From Promethearchaeota archaeon (GTDB taxonomy: Archaea; Asgardarchaeota; Lokiarchaeia; Sigyniarchaeales; SOKP01): DNA of 64,000 nucleotides. The notes under the pieces are model-generated. The model did not search any database and was not told the origin of the DNA. It saw nothing but the letters and a program-made list of their open reading frames with translations. Within the stretch, counting starts at the first letter, position 1. Each line of letters begins with the position of its first letter. Where the stretch lies: positions 1 through 64,000 of the forward strand of contig JBHLMP010000009.1 of assembly GCA_048938025.1 (NCBI GenBank), read 5' to 3'. A program made the position numbers and the translations under genes. Of this stretch, positions 8,452 through 17,248 are shown in pieces.

Positions 8452-8605
8452 CTATTTAATCCTTTTCTTATTTAAGTAAAAGATTAATAGTAGCACAGAA
8501 AAGCTAGTAAATAAGATAATTGTTAATAAATTATATCCTGGTATGCCATTATTATTGTTCGTATCTTGATTATTATTAGAGATTACAGGATTTTTTATTA
8601 ATCAT
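8452..8605 (-). pseudogene. Orphan Loki-CTERM-type sorting-signal fragment (frameshifted mini-ORF)
   Basis: Frame 8589-8452 reads PVISNNNQDTNNNNGIPGYNLLTIILFTSFSVLLLIFYLNKKRIK*; the ATG at 8605 is one base out of frame across an A6 run. Confidence 0.6.
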
Positions 8606-8666
8606 TTTTTAATCAGAGTTTTAATGATTTATATAAATTATGTATACAAATATGATAGAGCTAAGT

Positions 8667-9845
8667 TTATAAATATTTATCTAAAGATTTTGAAGAATTT
8701 GTAAATTTTCGATAAACTCTAACATCAACTACGGGGATTTCATCAATTATTAATTTACTTAATTCTTTCTCCTTAATATTACAAGATTTTGGTGGTTTTA
8801 ATCCCCTTAATCTAAGATAGAGAACAGGCATCATAGAATTAGAAGGTTGGATATTGGGATTTAGAGTTTTTAAAGATTGCTTAAGTTTTTGCGTGATATA
8901 CTTATAAAAATCAAATTTATTTTTATAGCTTTTACAGATAATAGTTTCCCAGATATGGTTTCGATTATTTAACCGAATCATTTGGACTTTTTTAATATAA
9001 TTCTTTTTACCAATAATTTCGACAAGAAATACTCCCCGTTTAAATGTTGTGTCAATTGAGCAAACTGCTTCTGGAGACCCTGGATTATAAATCCAATTAT
9101 CAAGTATAAATTGTTTATGAAAATGACCTAATGCTAAATAGTCAATTCTATGTTTAAGGTGTTGAATATGGTCTATATTGATACCAGGAACATTTTTCAT
9201 CTGTCCTTCAATCCCAAAATGTTGTAAAAGGATATGAAATAATCCATCATCATTTTGGATCCCTTTTCTTATTTTTGATAGATAGGAAATTGGTTTTTCA
9301 CCGAGATATCGAGTACCATATATCACCACATTCTTTATTTGAATTTTTCCTCCTTTTCTTGTTATGAAATTATAAGGTTCGAACATTTCCATTGGTGGAG
9401 CTTCAAGATTAGCATCTAAAAGTATTATCAATCCTAAGCTAGCAAGTAATTTAAGCCAAGATTGTCCTCGCTGTTTAAATCGTACTCCTCTAGAAAACTT
9501 ACGAATATCATGATTTCCTTCAATTGCTATAATTGAAATTGTCTTATTTGTATATTGGTAGAACTCTTTTAATAGATTAACAATCTTATTTAATTTTCCT
9601 GGAAGCATTTCCAGTGAAGTAAATACATCGCCACCTAGTAATAAAAAATCAACATGATAAGTAATTGCGAGTTGTAATATTTCTTGAAATATGTGAATAA
9701 AGTCGTCTGCTCGATAATCATTTCTGTATTGATGAGAGCCAAGGTGAATATCACTAGCGTGTATAAACCGTACTTTATCTTGATTATTTTGAATGTAGTT
9801 TTGATAGCTTCCTAGTTTGTGTTTGAAAAGGTTACAGTCCAACAT
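8667..9845 (-). CDS. Mre11/SbcD-family metallophosphoesterase (DNA repair nuclease)
   Basis: SDIHLG, GGDVF, EGNHD, LALGHFH and YNPGSPE motifs. Confidence 0.85.
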   Translation of the reverse strand: MLDCNLFKHKLGSYQNYIQNNQDKVRFIHASDIHLGSHQYRNDYRADDFIHIFQEILQLAITYHVDFLLLGGDVFTSLEMLPGKLNKIVNLLKEFYQYTNKTISIIAIEGNHDIRKFSRGVRFKQRGQSWLKLLASLGLIILLDANLEAPPMEMFEPYNFITRKGGKIQIKNVVIYGTRYLGEKPISYLSKIRKGIQNDDGLFHILLQHFGIEGQMKNVPGINIDHIQHLKHRIDYLALGHFHKQFILDNWIYNPGSPEAVCSIDTTFKRGVFLVEIIGKKNYIKKVQMIRLNNRNHIWETIICKSYKNKFDFYKYITQKLKQSLKTLNPNIQPSNSMMPVLYLRLRGLKPPKSCNIKEKELSKLIIDEIPVVDVRVYRKFTNSSKSLDKYL

Positions 9846-10027
9846 GTAAATTATAACATTCTGAAAGTTTTATACGATATTTTGAATATCATATTCAGAT
9901 TTATAAATAATAAAAGCCTAAAGATGTAGTGAAAAACCCTAAAATATCTCGATATCACTGATTAGCAAAATTATTAATATTTTTTGAATTATTTGACTTA
10001 CGATTACATGAAAGTATTCCTATAATT

Positions 10028-10612
10028 ATGATTCAAGATAAAGAAATTAAATATGATGTTGGTGTAATTCATGGTCGATTCCAAATATTACACAATGATC
10101 ATATGAAATATCTATTAGCTGGAAAAAATTTATGTAAACATTTAATAATAGGTATCACGAATCCAGATCCTTCTCTTACAAGAGATTCAAAAACAAATCC
10201 CCATCGTAGTACTCCTCTTGCAAATCCATTGTCCTATTATGAACGTTATGTGATGTTAAGAGAAGTATTTAAGGAAAAAGGATTTAAATTGTCCGAATTT
10301 TCAATTGTACCTTTTCCAATTAATATAGCTGAATTAATTAAATATTATGTTCCTATGAATGCTGTATTTTTTTTATCAATCTATGATGATTGGGGCAGAG
10401 AGAAAAAGCAAAAATTAGAATCTTTAGGTCTAAATGTTTATGTATTATGGGAAGTTTCTTTTGAAGAAAAAGGATTAAGCTCAAGTGATATTAGGGATGC
10501 AATGATTAATAATAAACCATGGGAACATTTAGTCCCTTCTGTAGTAGTCAAACTTATGAAAGAATGGGATATAATTGACAGATTGAAAAATATGAGCCTT
10601 TATAATTTTTAA
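10028..10612 (+). CDS. Nicotinamide/nicotinate-nucleotide adenylyltransferase (cytidylyltransferase family)
   Basis: HGRFQILHNDH, NPLSYYER, SSSDIR and WEHLVP motifs. Confidence 0.8.
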   Translation: MIQDKEIKYDVGVIHGRFQILHNDHMKYLLAGKNLCKHLIIGITNPDPSLTRDSKTNPHRSTPLANPLSYYERYVMLREVFKEKGFKLSEFSIVPFPINIAELIKYYVPMNAVFFLSIYDDWGREKKQKLESLGLNVYVLWEVSFEEKGLSSSDIRDAMINNKPWEHLVPSVVVKLMKEWDIIDRLKNMSLYNF

Positions 10613-10687
10613 GTAAATCACTTACTAAAAATAAAAAAAAGATTATTTTGATTAATAATAATTTATAATATCTTTATTAACACCAAT

Positions 10688-11914
10688 TTAGCTTACTAAG
10701 ACGGCCTCCATTATGATTTTGCCTATATTAAATTTATCTGTTAATAAGAACTTCTTAAATTTTGAAATTTTTCGTTTACTTATCATGAGTGAATGATATA
10801 CTCCTGCGTTTTGCATAGTATTAATAAGTATATAGCCATTGATACTTGAGTCCTTAAGATACATTTTCTTATACACACCATCTTCAAAAAATTTCATTTC
10901 CTCTCCTTCGTATTTACCATCTGAGATGATTGGTGTTCCAAATATCTTAATCAGAGTTTGTATAGTAGAACCCTCATATCTAGTTTTTCTTCCGACCATA
11001 TTATAACCTGCAATTGTTCCTTGAGTCAGTGCATTAGACCAAAGTAAAATAGATTCTCGATTTCCAGTTAATAAGTTTGTTGATTCGACGATATCTCCAG
11101 CAGCGTAAATATCACGTACATTTGTTTCAAGAAATTCATTTACAATTATTCCTGAATTTATATTGATACCACAATCCTTTAAAAACTCTAAATTTGGTTT
11201 AACTCCCGTGGCAACTATAACAAGATCAGCATCTAAAACTGTTCCATCAGTGAGTTTTACGCTTTTGACTTGTTTTTTCCCTAAAATCTCAGTGACATTA
11301 TTCTCTAATAAAACAGTAATATTATTTTTTTCAAGAATTTCTTTCGCTATATTTCCCATTTCTTTATCTAGCATACGAGGTAAAACTTTATCTAAGGCCT
11401 CAACAATAGTAACATCTATTTCTTTTTTTTTCAAACCCTCAGCAGCATCAAGACCTATGAAACCTGCACCAAGTACAACTGCATTGTTAATTTTTTTTGT
11501 TTTGATCCAGTTGTAAATATTATCAATTTCATTCAATGTTTTGAATGTAAACACACCTTCTTTATCAAGACCTTTTATGGAAGGTACATCAACATGGCCA
11601 CCTGCAGCAATAAGAAGTTTATCATATTCAACCGATTTTGAGTCAAATAAGATTTTTTTGTTTTCAGGTTGAATGCTTTTTATTTCTTTGCCCAAAATTG
11701 GATTAACATTCATTCGATTGAAAAAGTCTTTCCCTTTCCAAAAAACTGTATCTCTTTCTTCCTCTTCTAAGATATAATGACAGAGAAGGCAAGCAGAATA
11801 TGGTGGAACATCTTCTTTCGAAATCATAATGATTTCCGCATCATGGTCATATTCTCTTATTGCTTCAACACCACTTACACCGGCTCCACCAGTACCAATT
11901 ATTACAAACTTCAT
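10688..11914 (-). CDS. FAD-dependent NAD(P)H oxidoreductase (CODH-associated, NirB/rubredoxin reductase-like)
   Basis: GTGGAG, GAGFIG, ATGVKPN and IYAAGD motifs; directly downstream of cooS. Confidence 0.88.
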   Translation of the reverse strand: MKFVIIGTGGAGVSGVEAIREYDHDAEIIMISKEDVPPYSACLLCHYILEEEERDTVFWKGKDFFNRMNVNPILGKEIKSIQPENKKILFDSKSVEYDKLLIAAGGHVDVPSIKGLDKEGVFTFKTLNEIDNIYNWIKTKKINNAVVLGAGFIGLDAAEGLKKKEIDVTIVEALDKVLPRMLDKEMGNIAKEILEKNNITVLLENNVTEILGKKQVKSVKLTDGTVLDADLVIVATGVKPNLEFLKDCGININSGIIVNEFLETNVRDIYAAGDIVESTNLLTGNRESILLWSNALTQGTIAGYNMVGRKTRYEGSTIQTLIKIFGTPIISDGKYEGEEMKFFEDGVYKKMYLKDSSINGYILINTMQNAGVYHSLMISKRKISKFKKFLLTDKFNIGKIIMEAVLVS

Positions 11915-11970
11915 TTTCTTTCACACCTTTTTTCCATTAAATTTTATATAACAGCTTTTACTGGTGGATT

Positions 11971-13845
11971 TCATAATCCAAGAGCTTTTCGCTTCTCTTC
12001 AATATGATTAATTATTAATTCTGCTTCTTTCTCAGGATCTGGCTCAACAACGAAATTAGCTCCTATTACACCTTTTAATCCTTGGGTTAGAAGTTCTGTA
12101 ACTCCTTTACTTCCTAAAACCGGAGGAATAGTACCTAGAACAGTAAATATACCTGAAGAAACAACATATGCCCCAATACTAACAGCTTTTTCAGACATCC
12201 ATTCTGGAGCGGCACCTGCAACAGGCAAATCACTAATATCTACATTTAATTCATTTGCGATAACAGCAGCAACGTTCAAAATTCTGCTTATATCAACACA
12301 TGAACCCATATGCAAAACAGGAGGAATACCAAGGCTTTTTGCAACTTCTTTTACACCTTCACCAGCTTGATCTGCTGCTTCTGGAACTAATAAACCTGCT
12401 TTAGCATTTGCTATTGCTGCACAACCAGACTCAACAACTAGAATATCTTTTTCAATTAATCGTTTTGTCAAGGTAACATGATTAAAATCATGTTTAATTT
12501 TTGGATTATTGCAACCAACTATAGCGGCTATTCCGCGAATTTTTCCAGCTTTTATTGCATCAATTAAAGGCTGTGCAGTACCACCAAGAGCTTCAAGAAT
12601 TGCTTCAGCAGAAAATCCAGCTATTAATTTAACAACATTCTTAGGTATTTTTACAAGATTAGGGTTTCTGTTTTCATAGGCTTCAATAGCTTCTTTTACG
12701 ATCTTAGTTCCAATATCATATGCATGCTCAGGATCGAATTCAATATGAGTGGCTCCGGGAATCTTAGCTTTTGGAGATGTAGTTATTATTTTTGAGTGAT
12801 AACAATTAGCAACTGTTGGTAATGAAGGCATAAGACACTGATAATCTACAACCATAGCATCTACAGCTCCAGAAACAAGTGCCAATTCCTGTACTAAGAA
12901 ATTACCAGCAACAGGAATTCCTTTTCTCATCAATAACTCATTTGATGTACAACAAATTCCTGCAATATTTATTCCATTGGCTCCTTTCTGTTTTGCTAAT
13001 TCAATCATTTCAGGATCTCTAACAGCATCGACAATTACTTCAGATAAAACAGGATTATGACCGTGTACAATAATATTAACATGATCTTCCTTTAACACTC
13101 CAAGGCTTACCGTACTCTCTTTTGGTTTTGGAGTCCCCCATAAAATGTCACTGAATTCTGTAGCAAGCATTGATCCACCCCAACCATCGCTAATTGAGGT
13201 TCTTAACCCATGTAATAATAGACTTGCCATTTCTGCCCCAACCCCTATATGAGTTCGATGCATTATTTCTACAATCTCTCTATCAATACTTCGTGGCCAA
13301 ATTCCAAGATTTTTCCATAACTCTTTTCTTTTCTCTGGTACCCGCTCTGCAAATTGAATAGTATTTTTAATCATCCCAAATTCTTCCATTGCTTTTTCTG
13401 CTAATTCCTTAGCTATTTCCTCCTTAGATCTTTCGTCTATAACTATATTATATTCTTGGGCAATTCGTTTCAATTTTTCCTCATCAGTTATTTGATATCC
13501 TTGAGTTTTACCCTCAGCAGTTAAATGAAGAACTTCCACTATATCTCTACCATGATCAGAATGAGCTGCTGCTCCTCCAGCAATCATCCTCGCAAGGTTT
13601 CTAGCAACTATAGTGTCTGCATCAGCACCACATACTCCTTTCTTTGGCTCATTGCCAAAAGGATCAATTCTGCAAGGCCCCATCGCACAATTTCTACAGC
13701 AAATACCAAGTAATCCATAACCACATTGTGGTTCTTGTAATTCTAATCTATCCCAAGCTGTAACAATATGCTCGTCAGCTGCTTTTTCTAACATATCTTG
13801 TGCAGCTACATCTATTGTTCTTTCTAAAATAGTTTCCCTTTTCAT
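11971..13845 (-). CDS. cooS: Anaerobic Ni-Fe carbon monoxide dehydrogenase catalytic subunit (CooS type)
   Basis: CGYG...CCRNCAMGPC, HSDHGR, HGHNP, GICCT, DYQC, GCNN, SGCA, MGSCVD and EWMSEKA motifs. Confidence 0.96.
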   Translation of the reverse strand: MKRETILERTIDVAAQDMLEKAADEHIVTAWDRLELQEPQCGYGLLGICCRNCAMGPCRIDPFGNEPKKGVCGADADTIVARNLARMIAGGAAAHSDHGRDIVEVLHLTAEGKTQGYQITDEEKLKRIAQEYNIVIDERSKEEIAKELAEKAMEEFGMIKNTIQFAERVPEKRKELWKNLGIWPRSIDREIVEIMHRTHIGVGAEMASLLLHGLRTSISDGWGGSMLATEFSDILWGTPKPKESTVSLGVLKEDHVNIIVHGHNPVLSEVIVDAVRDPEMIELAKQKGANGINIAGICCTSNELLMRKGIPVAGNFLVQELALVSGAVDAMVVDYQCLMPSLPTVANCYHSKIITTSPKAKIPGATHIEFDPEHAYDIGTKIVKEAIEAYENRNPNLVKIPKNVVKLIAGFSAEAILEALGGTAQPLIDAIKAGKIRGIAAIVGCNNPKIKHDFNHVTLTKRLIEKDILVVESGCAAIANAKAGLLVPEAADQAGEGVKEVAKSLGIPPVLHMGSCVDISRILNVAAVIANELNVDISDLPVAGAAPEWMSEKAVSIGAYVVSSGIFTVLGTIPPVLGSKGVTELLTQGLKGVIGANFVVEPDPEKEAELIINHIEEKRKALGL

Positions 13846-14450
13846 TTTTCCATACCTACCTGCATCATAGAGAAACCCAAATCACGCCATAACTTTATTA
13901 ATCCAGGAATTTCAGGGCGAATTTCTGTTTCTACTGCCGCAACTTTTTGAGCAACTGTTCTACGATCTTCTTTTATAATTTCATTAATATCTCCATAATT
14001 AAGAGCCATTGTTTTGCACGCATCAACACATGCTGGATTCAACCCAACACTAATACGATCTTGACAATTATCACATTTAATGGCAACTTCCCTATCTAAA
14101 GAGACCTTCCAAGACGGATGAAATGTAATCGCATCAAGAGGACAGGCAATAGCACACATACCACATGCAATACATTTTTCTTCGTTTATAAGAATGGTTT
14201 CTGTCTCTCTATCTCTATTTAATGCTCCTGAAGGACATACGTTAATACAAGGTGTCGGATAACATTGTCGACATTTGCCAGGATAAGTCATTATTCCAAC
14301 AGAAGGCATTACATGGATTCTTGGAGTAGGTAATGGCTCTTCAAAAATTGCAGCAAAAAGATTTTTAGATTCTGAGTGTTCTATTGAACACGCAATCTCA
14401 CAATGTTTACATCCTATACAATGTTCTGGCATAACATATACAGTCTTCAT
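13842..14450 (-). CDS. cooF: CooF-type 4Fe-4S ferredoxin subunit
   Basis: Four Cys clusters (CIGCKHC, CRQC..PC..VCP, CIACGMC..ACP, KCDNC..PAC..AC); 4-bp overlap with cooS. Confidence 0.88.
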   Translation of the reverse strand: MKTVYVMPEHCIGCKHCEIACSIEHSESKNLFAAIFEEPLPTPRIHVMPSVGIMTYPGKCRQCYPTPCINVCPSGALNRDRETETILINEEKCIACGMCAIACPLDAITFHPSWKVSLDREVAIKCDNCQDRISVGLNPACVDACKTMALNYGDINEIIKEDRRTVAQKVAAVETEIRPEIPGLIKLWRDLGFSMMQVGMEK

Positions 14451-14766
14451 TTTTGGACTTCCCTCTTTCTAAATTTAGATTTGATTTTTTTTAGTTACAA
14501 AATTTTTTATTTAGATCAGTTTTAATTTTAAATATTAAAAAAAACGACAAAAATATCGTCAAATTATTATTGGAATTAGTTAAGTTATAAATCTTTTGAA
14601 TATTTAATCATAATAATTGCCATTTTTGTAAAAAAAATCCATATGTAAACATTAATTAGATGTCTATTATTATTCGAAAAATATCATTAGATTTATTTTT
14701 GTAATTTTATATATTATAAAAAGTTTAAAAAGTTAGGAATAAAAAGTAAAATAAAAAATTTTGAAA

Positions 14767-16194
14767 TTACTTCTTCTTTCTTTTGGTTTCAATTTTTTTA
14801 ATAATTATAGATTCGGCGTGGATTTTACAATTCTTTAAGATGACTTTGAAACCTCCTGCTCCACCAACTCCAGGAATTGTCATTCCAACTGTACCCATTG
14901 GGACCATCGCACCTGCTTCCTCCCATTCCTCTTCTTCTTCTTCCATAGCTTCTAATTCAGCCCAAGTTGCAACAATAGGATGATTTTTCTCTTTTAAGAA
15001 TTCTTTTAATTCATTGAGATCTTTAATATCTTCTTCCGTTGCGATTTTGTCAATCAGGTCTTCAGGAATAAAATTTGCCACTCGTTCCTTCACTGAAGTA
15101 GGCATCCATACGATTGTGTAAATGCCACTTTCAAAACCCAGTTGTAGTCCGTCATAATATTGGTATTTCGGCGAACCAATGTATTGAAAACTCACACCAT
15201 TAAAACCGGGCATCTGTTTACCCCCACCAGTCTGATTTGCCATAGCTGAGAAGGGTAGTCCATTGATCGCGACATCACCGTAATTCCTATCAACTATTCC
15301 ATGACCGTTTACTTCTGGTATATAAAAATCAATGGCTTCAAAACAGCCACATGACGTATGAGGAAATTCCATGCCTGAATATAAGTAAATTCTGTCAATT
15401 TCCCCTAGTGACCGTTTCTTAATCATTGCGTTAACTCCTGTAAATTCTCCAGCGTCCTTATTTAAACACTCGCCTGGAGGTACCTCGTACAGAGGACCCT
15501 TCGGATCAACTTTAGCTGCTGCTCGGGCATCAAACCAATTGATTGAACCGCATAATGAAGTTCTATCTGGCGTTATACAACAAGCATGGGTGGGTGCAAA
15601 AGACTGGCATAATACGCACCCGTAGAACATATCCACATCTTCATCATGAATTGTTCTGGCTCTTTCATCTCTCTTTTCATATACTTGCATTGCCATTTCA
15701 TACGGTTTTTCAATTGCTTTAGGATCTGTATAAAAAGTAACTTGCGCTTGTTTAATGATTGGCAATTCTGCTTTATAAAGTCTAATCAGGATTGTTCCTA
15801 ACATATCAAAATTATTTAACCCTTTTGCGAAAGCAGACTTTGAGATTCGCATCCAATTAGTGTATCTCTGATTTAAATGCATTATTCCGTTCACAAAGTT
15901 GCAAAATTCATGGACTCTCCTTTCAAATACCGCTTCTAGGTCCTCTTCCAATTCAGGTCCAGCAACTTCTACTAAAATTCCAATAGGGTACCTTTCTCCT
16001 TCTTTCATATCTTTAAGATCAGGTCCGTGAAGTACAACTTGGCCATCCTTAATCTCTTTAGGTTGTTTTACCCGTACGAGTTCAAAATGCTTCTCAATTT
16101 TAGGTCCGCCGAGCTCTACATACATTTGATTACCTCTGATGCGCTCACCTTCATATACAGGACCTACATCAACGGGCATATCTGAAAAACTCAT
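14767..16194 (-). CDS. cdhC: Acetyl-CoA decarbonylase/synthase beta subunit (archaeal ACS)
   Basis: PVDVGPVYEGERIR, CVLCQSFAPTH, LCGSINW and HTSCGCFE motifs; acidic linker tail. Confidence 0.95.
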   Translation of the reverse strand: MSFSDMPVDVGPVYEGERIRGNQMYVELGGPKIEKHFELVRVKQPKEIKDGQVVLHGPDLKDMKEGERYPIGILVEVAGPELEEDLEAVFERRVHEFCNFVNGIMHLNQRYTNWMRISKSAFAKGLNNFDMLGTILIRLYKAELPIIKQAQVTFYTDPKAIEKPYEMAMQVYEKRDERARTIHDEDVDMFYGCVLCQSFAPTHACCITPDRTSLCGSINWFDARAAAKVDPKGPLYEVPPGECLNKDAGEFTGVNAMIKKRSLGEIDRIYLYSGMEFPHTSCGCFEAIDFYIPEVNGHGIVDRNYGDVAINGLPFSAMANQTGGGKQMPGFNGVSFQYIGSPKYQYYDGLQLGFESGIYTIVWMPTSVKERVANFIPEDLIDKIATEEDIKDLNELKEFLKEKNHPIVATWAELEAMEEEEEEWEEAGAMVPMGTVGMTIPGVGGAGGFKVILKNCKIHAESIIIKKIETKRKKK

Positions 16195-16233
16195 TTAATA
16201 ATTCTCCTCTAATTTTTTTGATATTTTTTATAA

Positions 16234-16764
16234 TTATAAATTTTCAATTAATTTTTCTAAAAAGGCTTTCCAATCAGCTTCACTTAAATTTGGTAAGCTA
16301 AATCTAGCGTTAGGATGTGAATATCGGTCTAAATCGACAGTTCTTACCCAATTTGAAAAGTTTTTTATTCGACTCATTGTTTGTGACACATAATATACGA
16401 GATGCCCTCCGAAAATAGCCATTTCATATTGTCCTTTTCCATCTAATCCTTTCCAGTCTTTATCTACTAGTCTACCAGTAATATTAATTAGAGACATATC
16501 CCATAATTTATCTATAGGAATTTTATCCTTTAAATATCCATAGGTATGGCCAGTTGATATTACGTGACAATCCAGCTTTTTTGCAATATCTATGAAATAA
16601 TCAGCAACTTTTTTACCATCTAACTCCCAGTTTAGAGATTCTGAGCCGATTACAAAAACCTTCTTTTTCTGTGCTTTTAGAATATTCGCCATTACTTTTG
16701 GATCATAGACAGAAGTGCCCATCTCTGGACCAGGGATATTCGCTTTTTGATAAGGTCTTGCCAT
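16234..16764 (-). CDS. cdhB: ACDS/CODH epsilon subunit
   Basis: PYQKANIPGP, WKGLDGKGQY, YYVSQ and HPNARFSLPNL motifs; upstream of cdhC. Confidence 0.9.
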   Translation of the reverse strand: MARPYQKANIPGPEMGTSVYDPKVMANILKAQKKKVFVIGSESLNWELDGKKVADYFIDIAKKLDCHVISTGHTYGYLKDKIPIDKLWDMSLINITGRLVDKDWKGLDGKGQYEMAIFGGHLVYYVSQTMSRIKNFSNWVRTVDLDRYSHPNARFSLPNLSEADWKAFLEKLIENL

Positions 16765-16918
16765 TTTTTCATCAATTTACTCTGGTTTTAGTTTAAGTTA
16801 TAACTTTTAAAACAATTGCTATACTTACATTTATTAAAGACAATTTAAAAAAATTGTTCTTATTAAATTAAACTAAAATGTAAGATGAATTAAATATAAA
16901 AGAAGTGAAAAATTTAAG

Positions 16919-17224
16919 TTGTGCGAATTTAAAATCATAAAACAAAACGATGGCTCCCAAATATTAGAGGACATTGTGGTTTTATCATATACAGAGAATA
17001 ATGAATTGCTATTCAAAGATATATTAGGTATTGGTGAGGTTATAGATTCTGGTTTAATATTAGATGTTAATACCTTAAACCAAACTTGTATAGTCCTTGA
17101 ACATCCCTTGGTGAAAGATTTTATTAATCTAATTAAAAAATTCAATGATAATTCTTTAAACAAGGCTGATATTGAAAAATTCCAAAAAAACTTAGAAGAA
17201 TTAAAAGAGACACTTAAAAAATAA
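16919..17224 (+). CDS. cooT: CooT-family nickel-binding protein
   Basis: N-terminal MCE, ILEDIV, KDILG and a C-terminal His (LEH); next to the CODH/ACS genes. Confidence 0.7.
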   Translation: MCEFKIIKQNDGSQILEDIVVLSYTENNELLFKDILGIGEVIDSGLILDVNTLNQTCIVLEHPLVKDFINLIKKFNDNSLNKADIEKFQKNLEELKETLKK

Positions 17225-17248
17225 AAATTCAAAAAAAATCAAGAAATT

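Noticed and set aside
14540-14565. CooA-like operator upstream of cooF (CGACAAAAATATCGTC)
   Set aside because: Weak dyad that does not match the TGTCA-N6-CGACA arrangement, and no CooA gene is present.
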